A stretch of DNA of 64,000 nt from Allosphingosinicella sp. (GCA_035645215.1 DASQND010000028.1:9241-73240); one strand, 5' to 3'. Counted from the stretch's first letter, positions 39,283 to 50,142 are shown. Program-made: numbers and translations. The notes: generated by a model from the sequence alone, not told the origin.

Positions 39283-40054
39283 GCAGCTAGCCGCAGGTTT
39301 GGCGCCGTGTGCCCGGGCGAGTGGCGATGAATGGCAGCGAGGGCAGGGCGACATCAAAGTGCGGAGCTTCATTCGCCTCCGAGATGGTCAGCACAGTCTG
39401 CTCCGCCGCCATTGCCGTCGCCCCTCTGGGGTCGCCGTCGCGTACAGGCGTTGGCCGATGTGCGCCCACGTCGGCAGCTCGCTGCTAAGTGGCGACGACC
39501 GAACCAACCAAGATCGCATCCTCGGCCGCTACTGTCCCAACTCAGACTCCACTGAGCGAGAGCTGGCGGGTGAGCGTTTGCATGACTTGGCGCGCGTCCT
39601 GCTCAGAGTCGCACGCAGGCAGGGCCTAGACATGCACAGGAGCGACTCGAGTCAAATGGCGCGGAAGGCAGTATTCTGAGTCTCCAATCGAGGCATGCAA
39701 TCCAATTCCGCTTACATTCGCGTTCTGCGATACATTGCTGATTCCACTAGATAAAACTCGCTTGACTTGCACACGGCCCCCTGTACCTTCGAGTCTGATG
39801 TGCGTCGGTTGCGTAGGGGGTATCCACCTATGATGTGAGGATGCATGACAAATTATATTGTCATCTGTCGCAATGGTCTCAGCAATGCTGCCGAGGCGAT
39901 TCTCTCTGATGTTCAAGAGCCTTTTACCGTCCGAGTTGAGTCTGACGAAGGCATCACATACTGCGACTCTAAAATCGGAACGATCAGCCGTAGCGCTTGG
40001 TCGAAGGTGAAGCAGGATGTGCGTGGGACATTCCAAGCGAAATCGGTGGCGGGA

Positions 40055-41206
40055 ATGCCGAAAACACGGCTTGCCCGTCGACCCAGTCGATTACTTCGAA
40101 TAGCGATCTCCGGCTGGGCGGTTTTCTTCGCAGCGCAGCCGCTGGCAGCACAGGGCAGCATCCTGCCTGCGTCCCAAGGGATTCAGCCACCGGAACGGCG
40201 CGCCTTTGTCGTCGGTATCCCGGTCTACGACCGCTACCCGGCAGTCAACGGCGCGCGCAATGACGTCCCAGCCATCCGCCGGGCGCTCGCGCGGCTTGAT
40301 TTCAAGGTAACAGTCGCGGTCACGCGCCGGGGCGAGCCGGAGGGCCGGATCGATCTCGAAAGCTTCATTGAGCAACTCACTGCCTTCGTCGCGACGATCG
40401 AACCCGGCGACACCGTCATGGTTTATTTCAGCGGCCACGGTATCGAGCGCAACGGCATCAATTACCTGGTGCCCTCGAGCTTCCAGTACGACCCCGGCGA
40501 TCTTGGCGGACATGCCATTCCGCTCAACCACTTAATGCGGACGATCGAGGACACCGGCGCGCGGCTGATGATCCTCGTCCTCGACGCGTGCCGCACCGAC
40601 ACGCTTCCAAAGATTCCCAATGTGGATCAGCTTTCGGGAGAGGCGCTGCGCGCGGCGATCGTCGCCGCGACTCCGCCCACGGAACTCGTCGGCACGCGCA
40701 GCGATGACAGTCTCCAGGGAGGCGCCGGGCCGGCGGACGGTGGCGACACCTTAGTCGCTGGCTTGTCCCCGGTGCCGGGATCGAGCCGGTTGCTGATCGC
40801 CTATGCGGCCGAGGCGCGCAGGCCGTCCTTCGGCGGCCACGGCGGCGATCCGCCCGGGACGCCGAGCTTTTACACCCGTCACCTGGCTCAAGCGATCGTC
40901 CAGCCGGGCCTGACGCTTGAACGCATTCTCAACGAGGTGTCTCGCCAGGTGAGCTACGACACCGGCAAGGCCCAGATCCCTTGGGCCAGCGACCCGGGCT
41001 TTCCGGATGGCGACCTCGTCTTCAACCCGACAGCGGAGCAGCGCCAGGGGATGGAGAAGCGCTGGCGCCTGACCCGGCAACGCACCGGGTCTGGGGCGCC
41101 CGACGCGCTGTGCATATTCCTCAAGGACTATCCCGAAAACCCGTATCGCAACGAGGCCGTCCGCCGACTTCACGCGCTGTCGCCCGCTATGACCGAGCTC
41201 TGCTGA
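40055..41206 (+). CDS. Secreted caspase-family (C14) protein
   Basis: Signal peptide; YFSGHG and LDACR His/Cys dyad. Confidence 0.85.
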   Translation: MPKTRLARRPSRLLRIAISGWAVFFAAQPLAAQGSILPASQGIQPPERRAFVVGIPVYDRYPAVNGARNDVPAIRRALARLDFKVTVAVTRRGEPEGRIDLESFIEQLTAFVATIEPGDTVMVYFSGHGIERNGINYLVPSSFQYDPGDLGGHAIPLNHLMRTIEDTGARLMILVLDACRTDTLPKIPNVDQLSGEALRAAIVAATPPTELVGTRSDDSLQGGAGPADGGDTLVAGLSPVPGSSRLLIAYAAEARRPSFGGHGGDPPGTPSFYTRHLAQAIVQPGLTLERILNEVSRQVSYDTGKAQIPWASDPGFPDGDLVFNPTAEQRQGMEKRWRLTRQRTGSGAPDALCIFLKDYPENPYRNEAVRRLHALSPAMTELC

Positions 41207-41237
41207 CCCGCTGTCATCCTCAACCGAAGGATCTCCC

Positions 41238-42161
41238 ATGCGCATCTGCTCGCTTCTCGCCGCTGCCGTAGCGGTCACCGCCTGTGCACAGACCGACGGT
41301 TCGGCCGCCGTCGAACCGTCGCGAGACGCCCGCGAGGAACGCGCCGCGCTGGCCGCGACGGGCTCGCTGCCCCTACTTGACCTGATCAGCCGCGTCCGGA
41401 CCGGCCGGCAGCTCGTCGAGCGGCGGGTCATCGGTGGCATCGACGCAGTTCAGGGCGAAGACCCTTGGCAGGTGGCGCTGCTCGCCCGCGAGCTGAACGT
41501 CAACGACGCCTTCTGCGGCGGCTCGCTCATCGCGCCGAACGTGGTGCTCACTGCCGCCCACTGCCTCGATCGCGGCACCCGCGCCGAGCAGGTCGACGTG
41601 CTCGCTGGCACGGTCAACCTCAACCAAGGGGGCGAGCGCGTCCACGCCACTCGCATCGTCCTCCACCCGCGCTACAACCGGCCGGTCCGGAGCAACAACG
41701 ACATCGCCTTGCTGTTCCTTGAGCGGTCGTTGACCACCGGCACCATCGCCGCCGCCGACGCGCAGGCCGATGCGCTGGTCGAGGCCGCGGTCGCCAATCC
41801 GCCGACCATGTCCAGGGTCACGGGCTGGGGCCAAACCGCTTCGCAATCGGATCCGCCGCTGCTGCAGACCGTGGACGTCCCGATCGTCCCGCGCAGCCGC
41901 TGCCGCCATCCCTTGTCCTACGGCGCCAGCCGAATCACCGACAACATGATCTGCGCCGGCTTCAATGAAGGGGAACGGGATTCCTGCCAGGGCGACAGCG
42001 GCGGCCCGCTCACTATCGCCAGCGGCAGCCGCCGCGCGCTCGTCGGCGTCGTCAGCTTCGGCGCGGGCTGCGCCGAGCCGAACAAGTTCGGCGTTTACAC
42101 CCGCGTCGCTAACTACACGCGGTGGATCAATTCCTGCATCGCCGGAACCTGCCGGCCGTGA
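41238..42161 (+). CDS. Trypsin-like (S1) serine protease, lipoprotein
   Basis: Lipobox VTAC; VIGG, LTAAHC, NDIALL, GDSGGP. Confidence 0.93.
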   Translation: MRICSLLAAAVAVTACAQTDGSAAVEPSRDAREERAALAATGSLPLLDLISRVRTGRQLVERRVIGGIDAVQGEDPWQVALLARELNVNDAFCGGSLIAPNVVLTAAHCLDRGTRAEQVDVLAGTVNLNQGGERVHATRIVLHPRYNRPVRSNNDIALLFLERSLTTGTIAAADAQADALVEAAVANPPTMSRVTGWGQTASQSDPPLLQTVDVPIVPRSRCRHPLSYGASRITDNMICAGFNEGERDSCQGDSGGPLTIASGSRRALVGVVSFGAGCAEPNKFGVYTRVANYTRWINSCIAGTCRP

Positions 42162-42919
42162 CGGCGCGCCGGCTGACGCTCGCCGCCCTGTTCCTCGGCT
42201 CGGCCGCGGCCGCCCAGGCGCCCTTGCTGTCGATGCGGGGAACGCTGCCCGCCGCTGGCGCCGCAGCGTCTGCTCCGCCATCGTCCGGGCACACGGTCCA
42301 GCTGGCCGCCGGCCAGCGTGTGCGGATCTCCGCCGCGTCCGACGATTTCGACACCGTGTTGCGGCTGTTTCAGCTAGGCAAGGCTGAGCCGATCGCCGAG
42401 AATGACGATTTCGATGGCAGCCTCAATTCGCGCTTGCTGTTCACCGCGCCCGAGCCCGGCGAGTACCGGATCGAGGTTTCGGCTTTCTCGTCCGGGGCGA
42501 GCGGCGCCTACTCCCTGGTCGTAAGCCGCGCGCCGTCCCTGCCGCAGCCGGTGACCGAGGCCACGACCACGACCGCTTCCATCGAATGGCGCCGGTTCGA
42601 GGGCGCCTTGACCGCCGAGGATCCCGAAGGCGAGGGCGGCCGCTTCGACGATTTTCAGCTGGCGCTCGCCGAGGGCCAATCCATCGTGATCCTGCTCGAC
42701 GCGGTGGAGGGCGCATTCGATCCGGTCGTCCACGTTCATGACCTTGCCGGCCGCGAGAGCGCGCCGATCGCGACCAACGACGACGCCGGCGCCGGGCTCT
42801 CCTCGCGCCTGCTTTTCACCGCGCCTGCCGCCGGTGACTACATTATTCGCGTCGCCGCCTTTAGCGGGGGCCGCGGCCGCTACAGCCTCCGCGTCAGCGA
42901 CGTTGCCTCACCCGACTGA
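42158..42919 (+). CDS. Secreted protein with two PPC (pre-peptidase C-terminal) domains
   Basis: Two repeats of FD.VL.L...IA.NDD...LNSRL.FTAP..G.Y.I; GTG start overlaps the trypsin stop. Confidence 0.8.
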   Translation: MTARRLTLAALFLGSAAAAQAPLLSMRGTLPAAGAAASAPPSSGHTVQLAAGQRVRISAASDDFDTVLRLFQLGKAEPIAENDDFDGSLNSRLLFTAPEPGEYRIEVSAFSSGASGAYSLVVSRAPSLPQPVTEATTTTASIEWRRFEGALTAEDPEGEGGRFDDFQLALAEGQSIVILLDAVEGAFDPVVHVHDLAGRESAPIATNDDAGAGLSSRLLFTAPAAGDYIIRVAAFSGGRGRYSLRVSDVASPD

Positions 42920-42951
42920 GGGCCTTCAAAATTTCAACAAGGGGATCGGCC

Positions 42952-43839
42952 ATGAGAAAATATTTGCTACGCATTACAGCCGTCCTGACTACCGCCGCGC
43001 TCGCCGTGCCGGCCGCCGGCCAGGCGACGACGAGCCGACCCGACGGCACCCATGTCTACATGCTTTCGGATCTTGACCTGCCTTCGAGCATCGTCGCGCC
43101 GCCGACTTGCCAAACGGGCGCAGACGTGGACCGCGCTGTTTTTCTGCCGATTCTGCTGTTCGCGGCGAACATGGTCCTCCAGGAAGGCCTTGAGGCGCTC
43201 AGCCGGCGCGAGGCAGCACGCCTCGAGTCCTACAGCAACAGCTACGGCGGCCGCGCCAACCTGACGGGGCTACCCGACCTGCCCGAACAGACGGCCGTGG
43301 CCGGCGGGACTCCGGTCAAGACCCCCTGCATGGCGGTCGAGCGGCGCGCGAACAACGCGCTCGCCAGCCTGTTCATCTTCGAGCTACGCGCGATCGACGA
43401 GAGCGCCTTCATGGCACGCCCGGTATATGCCAGCATCGTAACCTCGCCGGTCGTACAGGCCTCACGCGTGAACACCATCAACACCACGGTGCTGCTCGGC
43501 TTTGATGCGATCGTGTCCGAGCCGTGCCAGGGACCCGGGTGCGTGCTGCGCCGGTCGCAGGCGATCGGGTCGCCGAGCTTCACCTTCCGGGGCCTCACGG
43601 CCGGGACGCCGATCACCGCGTGCACAAGTCCGGGACAGACCGGCGACTGCCGCAAGCTAGGCAGCGCCTCCGCGCTTATGCCACGGCCGATGGCGGGATT
43701 CCCGGTTACGGTCGCGGCGACCGTCAGCGAGGTCAGCACCAGACTCCAGAACGCCAAGATCCAGAACGCGATCTGGGAGCGGCAGCGGGCGAACCTGCTG
43801 ACCGCCCTCAACAAGGTCATCTCCGGCGCACTCGAGTAG
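42952..43839 (+). CDS. Secreted hypothetical protein
   Basis: Signal peptide; last gene of the cluster. Confidence 0.7.
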   Translation: MRKYLLRITAVLTTAALAVPAAGQATTSRPDGTHVYMLSDLDLPSSIVAPPTCQTGADVDRAVFLPILLFAANMVLQEGLEALSRREAARLESYSNSYGGRANLTGLPDLPEQTAVAGGTPVKTPCMAVERRANNALASLFIFELRAIDESAFMARPVYASIVTSPVVQASRVNTINTTVLLGFDAIVSEPCQGPGCVLRRSQAIGSPSFTFRGLTAGTPITACTSPGQTGDCRKLGSASALMPRPMAGFPVTVAATVSEVSTRLQNAKIQNAIWERQRANLLTALNKVISGALE

Positions 43840-44290
43840 AGCGTGGCTGGCGAGCGGGGGCCGCGCGACCGCCCGCTTTGGACCGAAAGCGAGCGTAGCA
43901 TCTATCATGGCTCAAACGTGCGCTTTCCTGTCCTCGTCAGGAAAAGCAGATATTCATCCGCCCGGCCAAAGGCAGATGTAGCCGCCTCTACGCAATCGCT
44001 GATCGGTAACTTGTGAACGGGCGGCACCTCCCCTTCTGGAGGCGAATGGTGATTGAGGTCAGGTGAGGAATTCGCTCAACCTCGTAGCCCCGCCGTTCGA
44101 ACCAACGCACTACCCTGCGGGTGCTATCGCCAACCGGACTCCTCAACGCAAGCTCGGTTCCCAGGCACGCTGTTCTTGTCTCAAGGTAGTCACCTCGGCG
44201 TCCCAGCGACGGCAAAACGAGGCTGTTTGGCCACCCAGCGCCTCTGCGGTACGCCCGCTAGGAATGAGTCAAAGCAGCTCCGTTGGGCGC

Positions 44291-45097
44291 TTATACCCTC
44301 CGTCCAAGACCGACCAACGCTGCCATACGTGCCCAAGCAGACCGGCGGCTCCGGAGCTGCTCGCGCATGTTGTTGAGCGTATTTGCTCGGTATCGTTCGT
44401 CTATCCTTGGATCTTTGGCAAAATGGTCAAGGATGCCGGCCGGATCGTTGGCCATGACCCGGTGAGCACGCCGGCCGTTCACATGCGAACGGAGGTATTC
44501 GAACAATTGCTCCAGCGTCGCGGTGGCCTCGCGGTGTTTGCCGAGGTTCAGCATATTGCTCACATATTCGCGAAGCACGATAGGAGACGCGTTAAGCTGA
44601 CGAATCGCGAGATCCGTTGTTCGCTTGAGTTCTACGACGTTGGCCACCCGGCTTTGAAGGACGTGTAGCGGGTGCATGATCGGGACCGTCAGAGTGCCCT
44701 CACCCGCGGGCGTTCTAATAGCGAGGATCAATTCCACAGCCGAACGTTGCAGCACGTTGGCATTCACACCCAACACATGGCTCAGGAAGTCGATTTCGAT
44801 AACCTCGCCATCGATCTCCGCCTCCACTATGGCAGAGTGGGGGGTAGCGTCGCCAACCTCAGGCGTGCGAACATGGCCGCCAAGCGCTGCGGCAAGCTTG
44901 TCGGCTGCTTCGCGACGGCCGAAATAATCCATGTCCTTCGAGGTGTAGGGGCCGTAGCTGGCGAGCTCTTCTGCTGCCGAATATTGCTCCGCCCACAGGT
45001 TGAGCGCCTGGCCACCGATTACGAAAGCGCCATCCGCCAGCTGAAGGATGGACGCGAGATGCAGTACGATTTCAGGCTTTAGAGGCCCCTCGTTCAG
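44291..45097 (-). CDS. Nucleotidyltransferase-fold protein (AbiEii/DUF6036-like)
   Basis: Frame stays open upstream of the ORF-track start: FVIGGQALNLW...TSKDMDY. Probable CTG start overlaps the upstream TGA. Confidence 0.7.
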   Translation of the reverse strand: MNEGPLKPEIVLHLASILQLADGAFVIGGQALNLWAEQYSAAEELASYGPYTSKDMDYFGRREAADKLAAALGGHVRTPEVGDATPHSAIVEAEIDGEVIEIDFLSHVLGVNANVLQRSAVELILAIRTPAGEGTLTVPIMHPLHVLQSRVANVVELKRTTDLAIRQLNASPIVLREYVSNMLNLGKHREATATLEQLFEYLRSHVNGRRAHRVMANDPAGILDHFAKDPRIDERYRANTLNNMREQLRSRRSAWARMAALVGLGRRV

Positions 45098-45273
45098 CCG
45101 ACGATACCCTGATGCCGGATCGAGGAACCTACAATTTGGAGGGAGGAGAAAAACCCGTTACGGGCGCTCAGGTCCTGGCGGGAGACCGCGCCAGCGCGCA
45201 GGTCCTGCTCGTCCCGCTCACGCGCGAATTCCTTATCGCGCTGGCGCTGCCAAGGGTCGAAATAATCAGACAT
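45094..45273 (-). CDS. 59-aa protein, putative antitoxin
   Basis: MSDYFDPWQRQRD..., ggag RBS, 4-bp overlap with the nucleotidyltransferase gene. Confidence 0.55.
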   Translation of the reverse strand: MSDYFDPWQRQRDKEFARERDEQDLRAGAVSRQDLSARNGFFSSLQIVGSSIRHQGIVG

Positions 45274-45550
45274 TTCTCTGCTCCGGTGTGGATATCTACG
45301 CTTCCGACCGTTTCCAGTCAATGAACGGCCTTCGTAGCGGTTAGGTCCCTGCCTTTGGCCCACGGCTTTTCCGCCCTTCAGCCATAAATCCCTCAGAAAG
45401 CCTGTCTCGGCTCTGCTCGCGGCAAAGCCGCTGCACCCATGCCCGGAAGTGCCACGCCGCCGATCCTCTTCATCCCCGTTTTTGAACGAGGGATGTCACT
45501 TGCCAGCAAACGAGGAGCCACATAATCCTGCCGAAACGCAGGGGAAAGCA

Positions 45551-47482
45551 TCAACGCCTGCGCTCTACAGGTCCCACGGCTACGGCAACCTCTACGCGTG
45601 GCAGCTCGAGAAGCCGGCGCGCAAACCGCCCGCGTCCGCCTTCGGCTCGCTCGACCAGTTCTTCATAAGGGTCTCCTACACGAAGCCCAAGCAAGCTGTA
45701 GGTTAGCCAGTCCGCAAGCGGTCGCGCGGCAGTGCCGACCCTCGCGGCGGCTAGCTGCGCGCCGCTTGCACTCTGGTGCAGGGCGAGGTCTGACACCAGC
45801 CGAGCAGGAATGATGGGGAGGCCACGCCCGTTCAGCCCAGGACCCTGGAACATGAAGAACGAGGACTCGGTCTGCTGGATGAGCTCAGCCGTCTGCTTCG
45901 GCTTCAATCGATAGGACGCTTCCCAAGCGCTCGACGAGCGACGGCGACCGTCCCGGTAAAGCCGCTTCGCCTGGAGGAGGCTCGCTCGCCGCCCGAGGGA
46001 GCGGCCGTCCAGCATAGGGTCGACGATCAGGCAAACGTCGGTAGAGAAGCGCTTGGCACCCTTTACGCCTTTGCTGCCTTCCTCGGGCTTGTCCACTGAC
46101 CTGTAGCGCAACTGAACGTTCGCCGCTCGCGGAGATCCGGCGAGTCGCGCCGCGGTCTCCCACCCCCGACTGAGGATTGCAAATTCCTTGGAGAGAGCTT
46201 CGAAAAGGATCGCGCAGAGACGCTCCTCCCCTTCGCTATGATGGCGCGGATACTCCGTAGCGAAACGCCGCTCCTCGCGATCAACAACGGCCTCTATGGC
46301 TCGTTCGATCGCTCGATCACCGAGCCACGTGCGTGGCTCCTCATCAGCGATTCTGGTTGGCGCCAGCGGCTGCGCCGCGGAGGCGATGCCATGCCTCGCG
46401 GTGGGTTCGATCCGCATCCCGCTGAGCCCATCTCCGAAGACGATCTGCTCCACGGCATCCGCCCCATAGCCCGTCAGGGCATTCGGATGCAGAGACAGCT
46501 CCTTCAGCAGCTTCCGGTCCGCGGGCTGCACGAGCCTGGTGGCCGCAAACAGGGCGAGTTCAGCGGCCTGGCCATCAGCCAACCAGAGCAAGGCTTCCAC
46601 AGCTGCTTGTCGAAGCTGTGCGTCTCGTCCGATCAGCTGCTGAAGGCGGGCGACAAATGCGCTCCTAGTCTCCGCGGGACGATCGATGAGCTTTGCAGCC
46701 TGCTCGCCCTTGAAAAGATGCTGGAGGTGTCCGGCTAGGCCTCGTACCTTCTCGGCGCGCGACAGGTGCTGCGCCAGCTGCACCTTGGAAGAAGTCAGAT
46801 GGGTTGACTGCCCTTCTGCAGTTGCAGGTGGTGGAACGATGACGTCGAGCCCCGCATACTCGGGCATGGCGATGAGAATCCCGAACAATTGTGTCCAAGT
46901 GTCCCAGCCGGCACCCCTTCCTAATGCTGGCCAAAGCAGGACCGGCCACGCTTCGGCACTATCAAGACCTGCCCGCCGCCGCTCGCGCAAGGCCTCGACG
47001 AGCAATCGAACCGCATCTCGCGAGCGAATGTCCACCAGCTTGAGAAAGGACTCGGTGTGGCTCGCATAGAGGTGCTCCGACCTGCCAAGACTTTGGGCCA
47101 GAAGGCCGAACAAGGTGGGCTCGGCCCGAAGCCTCGGAAAGCTCCGGAGGAGCGTGGTGTCGAGCAGATGATCTACCTGCTCAACGGAGAGTGAAAGAGC
47201 GAAGCTGTTCCAATGCTGATCAATGTGTGTGCGAAGCGCCACCATTAGGGCTGACTCCTCCCAGCCCGATCCCTGGTTCACCACCTCCTCGAGAACGGCT
47301 TTCACCCACGGCCAGCGGAGGGCGCTCATCAACTGTGGCAGCTCCGCTGCCGCTGCGGCAAGGTTCAACGGAGTAGACGCGGGCGCTTCGTCTAAGCGGG
47401 TCGGGAGACCGCCAATCTCCCGATGTGGCAGCCTCCTCTGCAAGATCCTACGCAAAGAGGGCGCAGAAGGCAGATCAAACAC
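45551..47482 (-). CDS. 643-aa protein with a C-terminal restriction-endonuclease-like domain
   Basis: EE...STDVCLIV...ASLLQAKRL (D...QxK); starts 30 bp after the E1 stop. Confidence 0.65.
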   Translation of the reverse strand: MFDLPSAPSLRRILQRRLPHREIGGLPTRLDEAPASTPLNLAAAAAELPQLMSALRWPWVKAVLEEVVNQGSGWEESALMVALRTHIDQHWNSFALSLSVEQVDHLLDTTLLRSFPRLRAEPTLFGLLAQSLGRSEHLYASHTESFLKLVDIRSRDAVRLLVEALRERRRAGLDSAEAWPVLLWPALGRGAGWDTWTQLFGILIAMPEYAGLDVIVPPPATAEGQSTHLTSSKVQLAQHLSRAEKVRGLAGHLQHLFKGEQAAKLIDRPAETRSAFVARLQQLIGRDAQLRQAAVEALLWLADGQAAELALFAATRLVQPADRKLLKELSLHPNALTGYGADAVEQIVFGDGLSGMRIEPTARHGIASAAQPLAPTRIADEEPRTWLGDRAIERAIEAVVDREERRFATEYPRHHSEGEERLCAILFEALSKEFAILSRGWETAARLAGSPRAANVQLRYRSVDKPEEGSKGVKGAKRFSTDVCLIVDPMLDGRSLGRRASLLQAKRLYRDGRRRSSSAWEASYRLKPKQTAELIQQTESSFFMFQGPGLNGRGLPIIPARLVSDLALHQSASGAQLAAARVGTAARPLADWLTYSLLGLRVGDPYEELVERAEGGRGRFARRLLELPRVEVAVAVGPVERRR

Positions 47483-47512
47483 GCCAGGAGCTCTATCTTC
47501 TGTTGGCGATTG

Positions 47513-49087
47513 TCAGGAGTGATCGGCCGGGCGGGGTTCTGCGGTCAAGTGCTTTGCCACATACGCGCTGACGAAATCGGGATCCTGGCAAATGCACTTG
47601 CTCTGTGTGGTGGCGTCGCGCTTGGCGATGCGGAAGTTGAGACGCTTCGGCAGAGCCCGCTTCAGATCGAGGATGGTCTTCGTCTTCATGGCATCGCGTC
47701 TCATTCCGCCGGCGTCGGCGATTAGCTCGGCCGCAAGCATGATGCCGGCCAGCGCAGATTGGAATGCTAGCGGCGCCTCGAGAGGGGGTTTGTCGAGCCT
47801 CCCGTCGAGGATGACCCCTCCGCAAACCGCCTTAACGTAGAATTGCATCAGGGGCTCGCCGGCAAAGGGCAGAAGCGCTTCTTCGGGAAGGCCAAGGCGG
47901 TGGGCCGCGTCACGGACGAACTGATCGCCTACCGGCTGCCCGTTGACGAGTAACTCGCGAAGCGGGTGCAGGAGGTTCTGCGGCTCGGTCGGCAGCTTCA
48001 ACGCCTCGGCGATGATTACATCCTGGTTTGGCTTCGTTCCGGTGGGGAGATACAAGCAGGTCAGACAGGCATCACTATCATTGAAGCCGTGCCGGGAGAC
48101 GCCAAGGTCGCCCGCCTGTGTCCAGGCGTTGAGCGTGCGTCGCGGCAGCGACGCCTGGACGGCGATGCGATCCTCGGCGCTGTCCAGAGCGGCGACCACC
48201 CGCCCCAGCACGGGGTGCCCTTGGCCCTGCAGGTATTCGTCCCATCTGCAGGCGAACGGCAAAACCTCAGCTTCAAAGCCGCCGGCCGCGAGCGCCTGCT
48301 GGGCAACCGCAACCTTTAGCTGCTGATCGTCTTCCTGTGTGGCGAGAACGTAGCGTTGAAGGTTGGAAAGCTCGACCGTCTCATGGTCGACCAGATGAAG
48401 GGCACCGGAGACTCCACGGGTGCGACTTAGGGCCCAAATCACTCCGTTGCCGATTGCGCCGAGGCCGACCAGCGGCGTTGCGCCGATGTCCACTTCTATT
48501 GCGCCCGGGCCCTGCGCAGCGCTGGCGCCTGTCGAGAAATCAAGGAGCGAAAGCACGGCGGCTTCGTCCAGCTGCGGCGCCTCCAGCCAGTCGCTGAAGA
48601 TGGCACGAAAGACGTTTGCCGCGCCGAGACACGCCGCCGCGCCGGCGCCGAAGGGGAGGTCGGTGGTCCCGCAACCCTGCGGGCCAACCTTCGATACCTT
48701 CGCCAGCCACCCGTCCGAGCCAGCGTAAATCACTTGGGTGCCCGCTTCAGCGGTCGTCGCCCCGAAGATGAGGCGAACGTCGGCTTCGCCTGTCAGGCTG
48801 ATCTCGATTTCAGGGTTGATGGCTTTGGCGAGCTCCTCGAGCTCCGCTGTGAGTGGCAGAGCCGGGTTGCTTGGACCGATTATCCGCAGTGTCGGATACA
48901 GCCGGGCAAGCAGCCGAACCGCCAGATCGAGCGCGATCCGTCCTTCCGCGGCAACTGCTGCATGGTCGTCGAAGGCGAGTTCGACCACAATCGTTTCCAG
49001 CCTCTGCTGGATGGCTGCGGGTGCGATACCTCGGAGCGCCTGCGAGGCACTCAACAAGGATCTGTCGAAGAAGTTCGCGACAGCCAT
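47513..49087 (-). CDS. E1/ThiF ubiquitin-like activating enzyme (BilD-like)
   Basis: GLGAIG, VDHE..ELSNLQRY, CLTC, AVCGG, CIC. Confidence 0.9.
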   Translation of the reverse strand: MAVANFFDRSLLSASQALRGIAPAAIQQRLETIVVELAFDDHAAVAAEGRIALDLAVRLLARLYPTLRIIGPSNPALPLTAELEELAKAINPEIEISLTGEADVRLIFGATTAEAGTQVIYAGSDGWLAKVSKVGPQGCGTTDLPFGAGAAACLGAANVFRAIFSDWLEAPQLDEAAVLSLLDFSTGASAAQGPGAIEVDIGATPLVGLGAIGNGVIWALSRTRGVSGALHLVDHETVELSNLQRYVLATQEDDQQLKVAVAQQALAAGGFEAEVLPFACRWDEYLQGQGHPVLGRVVAALDSAEDRIAVQASLPRRTLNAWTQAGDLGVSRHGFNDSDACLTCLYLPTGTKPNQDVIIAEALKLPTEPQNLLHPLRELLVNGQPVGDQFVRDAAHRLGLPEEALLPFAGEPLMQFYVKAVCGGVILDGRLDKPPLEAPLAFQSALAGIMLAAELIADAGGMRRDAMKTKTILDLKRALPKRLNFRIAKRDATTQSKCICQDPDFVSAYVAKHLTAEPRPADHS

Positions 49088-49606
49088 CTAACAGCTCTCC
49101 AGCTTTAGGGTACGGCGAAGCTCCGCAAGGGGCATTCGGCGCCAGTGCGCCTTAGACGAAAAGTGCCACCAGGGCCGGCTGGAAAGCCGATAGGCGGCGC
49201 AGTCCTGCAGCTGGAACGGCCGCACTGCAAAGTCGGGTATGACGATCGAGAGCGATCCAAGCGCGGTGGTGATCGCATACTCATCATCCGTGTCGCTGTG
49301 GTAGGCCTCGGTTGGATGGCTATGGACCTGTGCAATGAGCCGCAGGCGGCTGCGGTGGAGCCACATGTTGATGCGGTGAAGCTCGTCGCCGGGAACCGAG
49401 ACAGCGAGGCCGTGCTCGGTGCGATGACCCTGCTGTCGGGGGATAATCGCCTCGGTCACATCGAAGCGGGTTTCGCCGAGCCTGCCCGCCCAGAGGGCCA
49501 TGCCCTCGAGCCCCTTCCGTCCCGTCGATCGAAGGTGCTCGATGGTGCAGTCGATCACATTGGGAGGTACGATGACCTTGGTGACGGTGGTGAGGCTGTT
49601 CTTCAT
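49088..49606 (-). CDS. JAB/MPN deubiquitinase-like peptidase (BilC-like)
   Basis: LEGMALW, HSHP...SDTD; start at 49606 in an ATGA overlap with the E2 stop. Confidence 0.9.
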   Translation of the reverse strand: MKNSLTTVTKVIVPPNVIDCTIEHLRSTGRKGLEGMALWAGRLGETRFDVTEAIIPRQQGHRTEHGLAVSVPGDELHRINMWLHRSRLRLIAQVHSHPTEAYHSDTDDEYAITTALGSLSIVIPDFAVRPFQLQDCAAYRLSSRPWWHFSSKAHWRRMPLAELRRTLKLESC

Positions 49607-50142
49607 GCCGGAACTTGTTCTATCGCGGGCCGCATCTCCACGTGCCATCCGCGTATTGGCTCCGAGCCGTAGGTCGAAATTTTGTCGGCGACGAAGAGCA
49701 ATCCGCCTTCACCCTGGCCGCGGCGAAGAAGCCAGCTGTCGCCGCTGTGCGCCGGGTGGTCATGGTACTCTCGGGTTCCCGGGAGGCACAGGAATGCCGG
49801 TCTGCCCGGATGACCTTGCAGGATGCGCTGAGGCCCATCGGGGCCGAGGCGGAGGAACGGTGCCACGATCGCATCAAGCCCGAGAGCCTGCTTAGTGAAC
49901 GGATCGACGAACTGCACCGAGGGTGCCCAAAGGTCGTAATTCGTGAAGTCGATTCGGGCACAGAGGATCAAGGCAGGAGGTCGCATGCCGGGGGTGACGA
50001 ACCCGATCTCCACGACCGGGAACTCGGCGCTCATCAGCCACCATCCACGCTGCAGGTGCATCGCACCGAGCCGCCGGAACTGATCGACCTCGCGGTCGAA
50101 CTTCGCCTTCGAAACCTTGGGATCGACGACCTGACCGGTCAT
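49603..50142 (-). CDS. Prokaryotic E2-like conjugating protein (BilB-like)
   Basis: DFTNYD..APSV.FVDP...FLCLPGTREYH (putative catalytic Cys). Confidence 0.8.
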   Translation of the reverse strand: MTGQVVDPKVSKAKFDREVDQFRRLGAMHLQRGWWLMSAEFPVVEIGFVTPGMRPPALILCARIDFTNYDLWAPSVQFVDPFTKQALGLDAIVAPFLRLGPDGPQRILQGHPGRPAFLCLPGTREYHDHPAHSGDSWLLRRGQGEGGLLFVADKISTYGSEPIRGWHVEMRPAIEQVPA

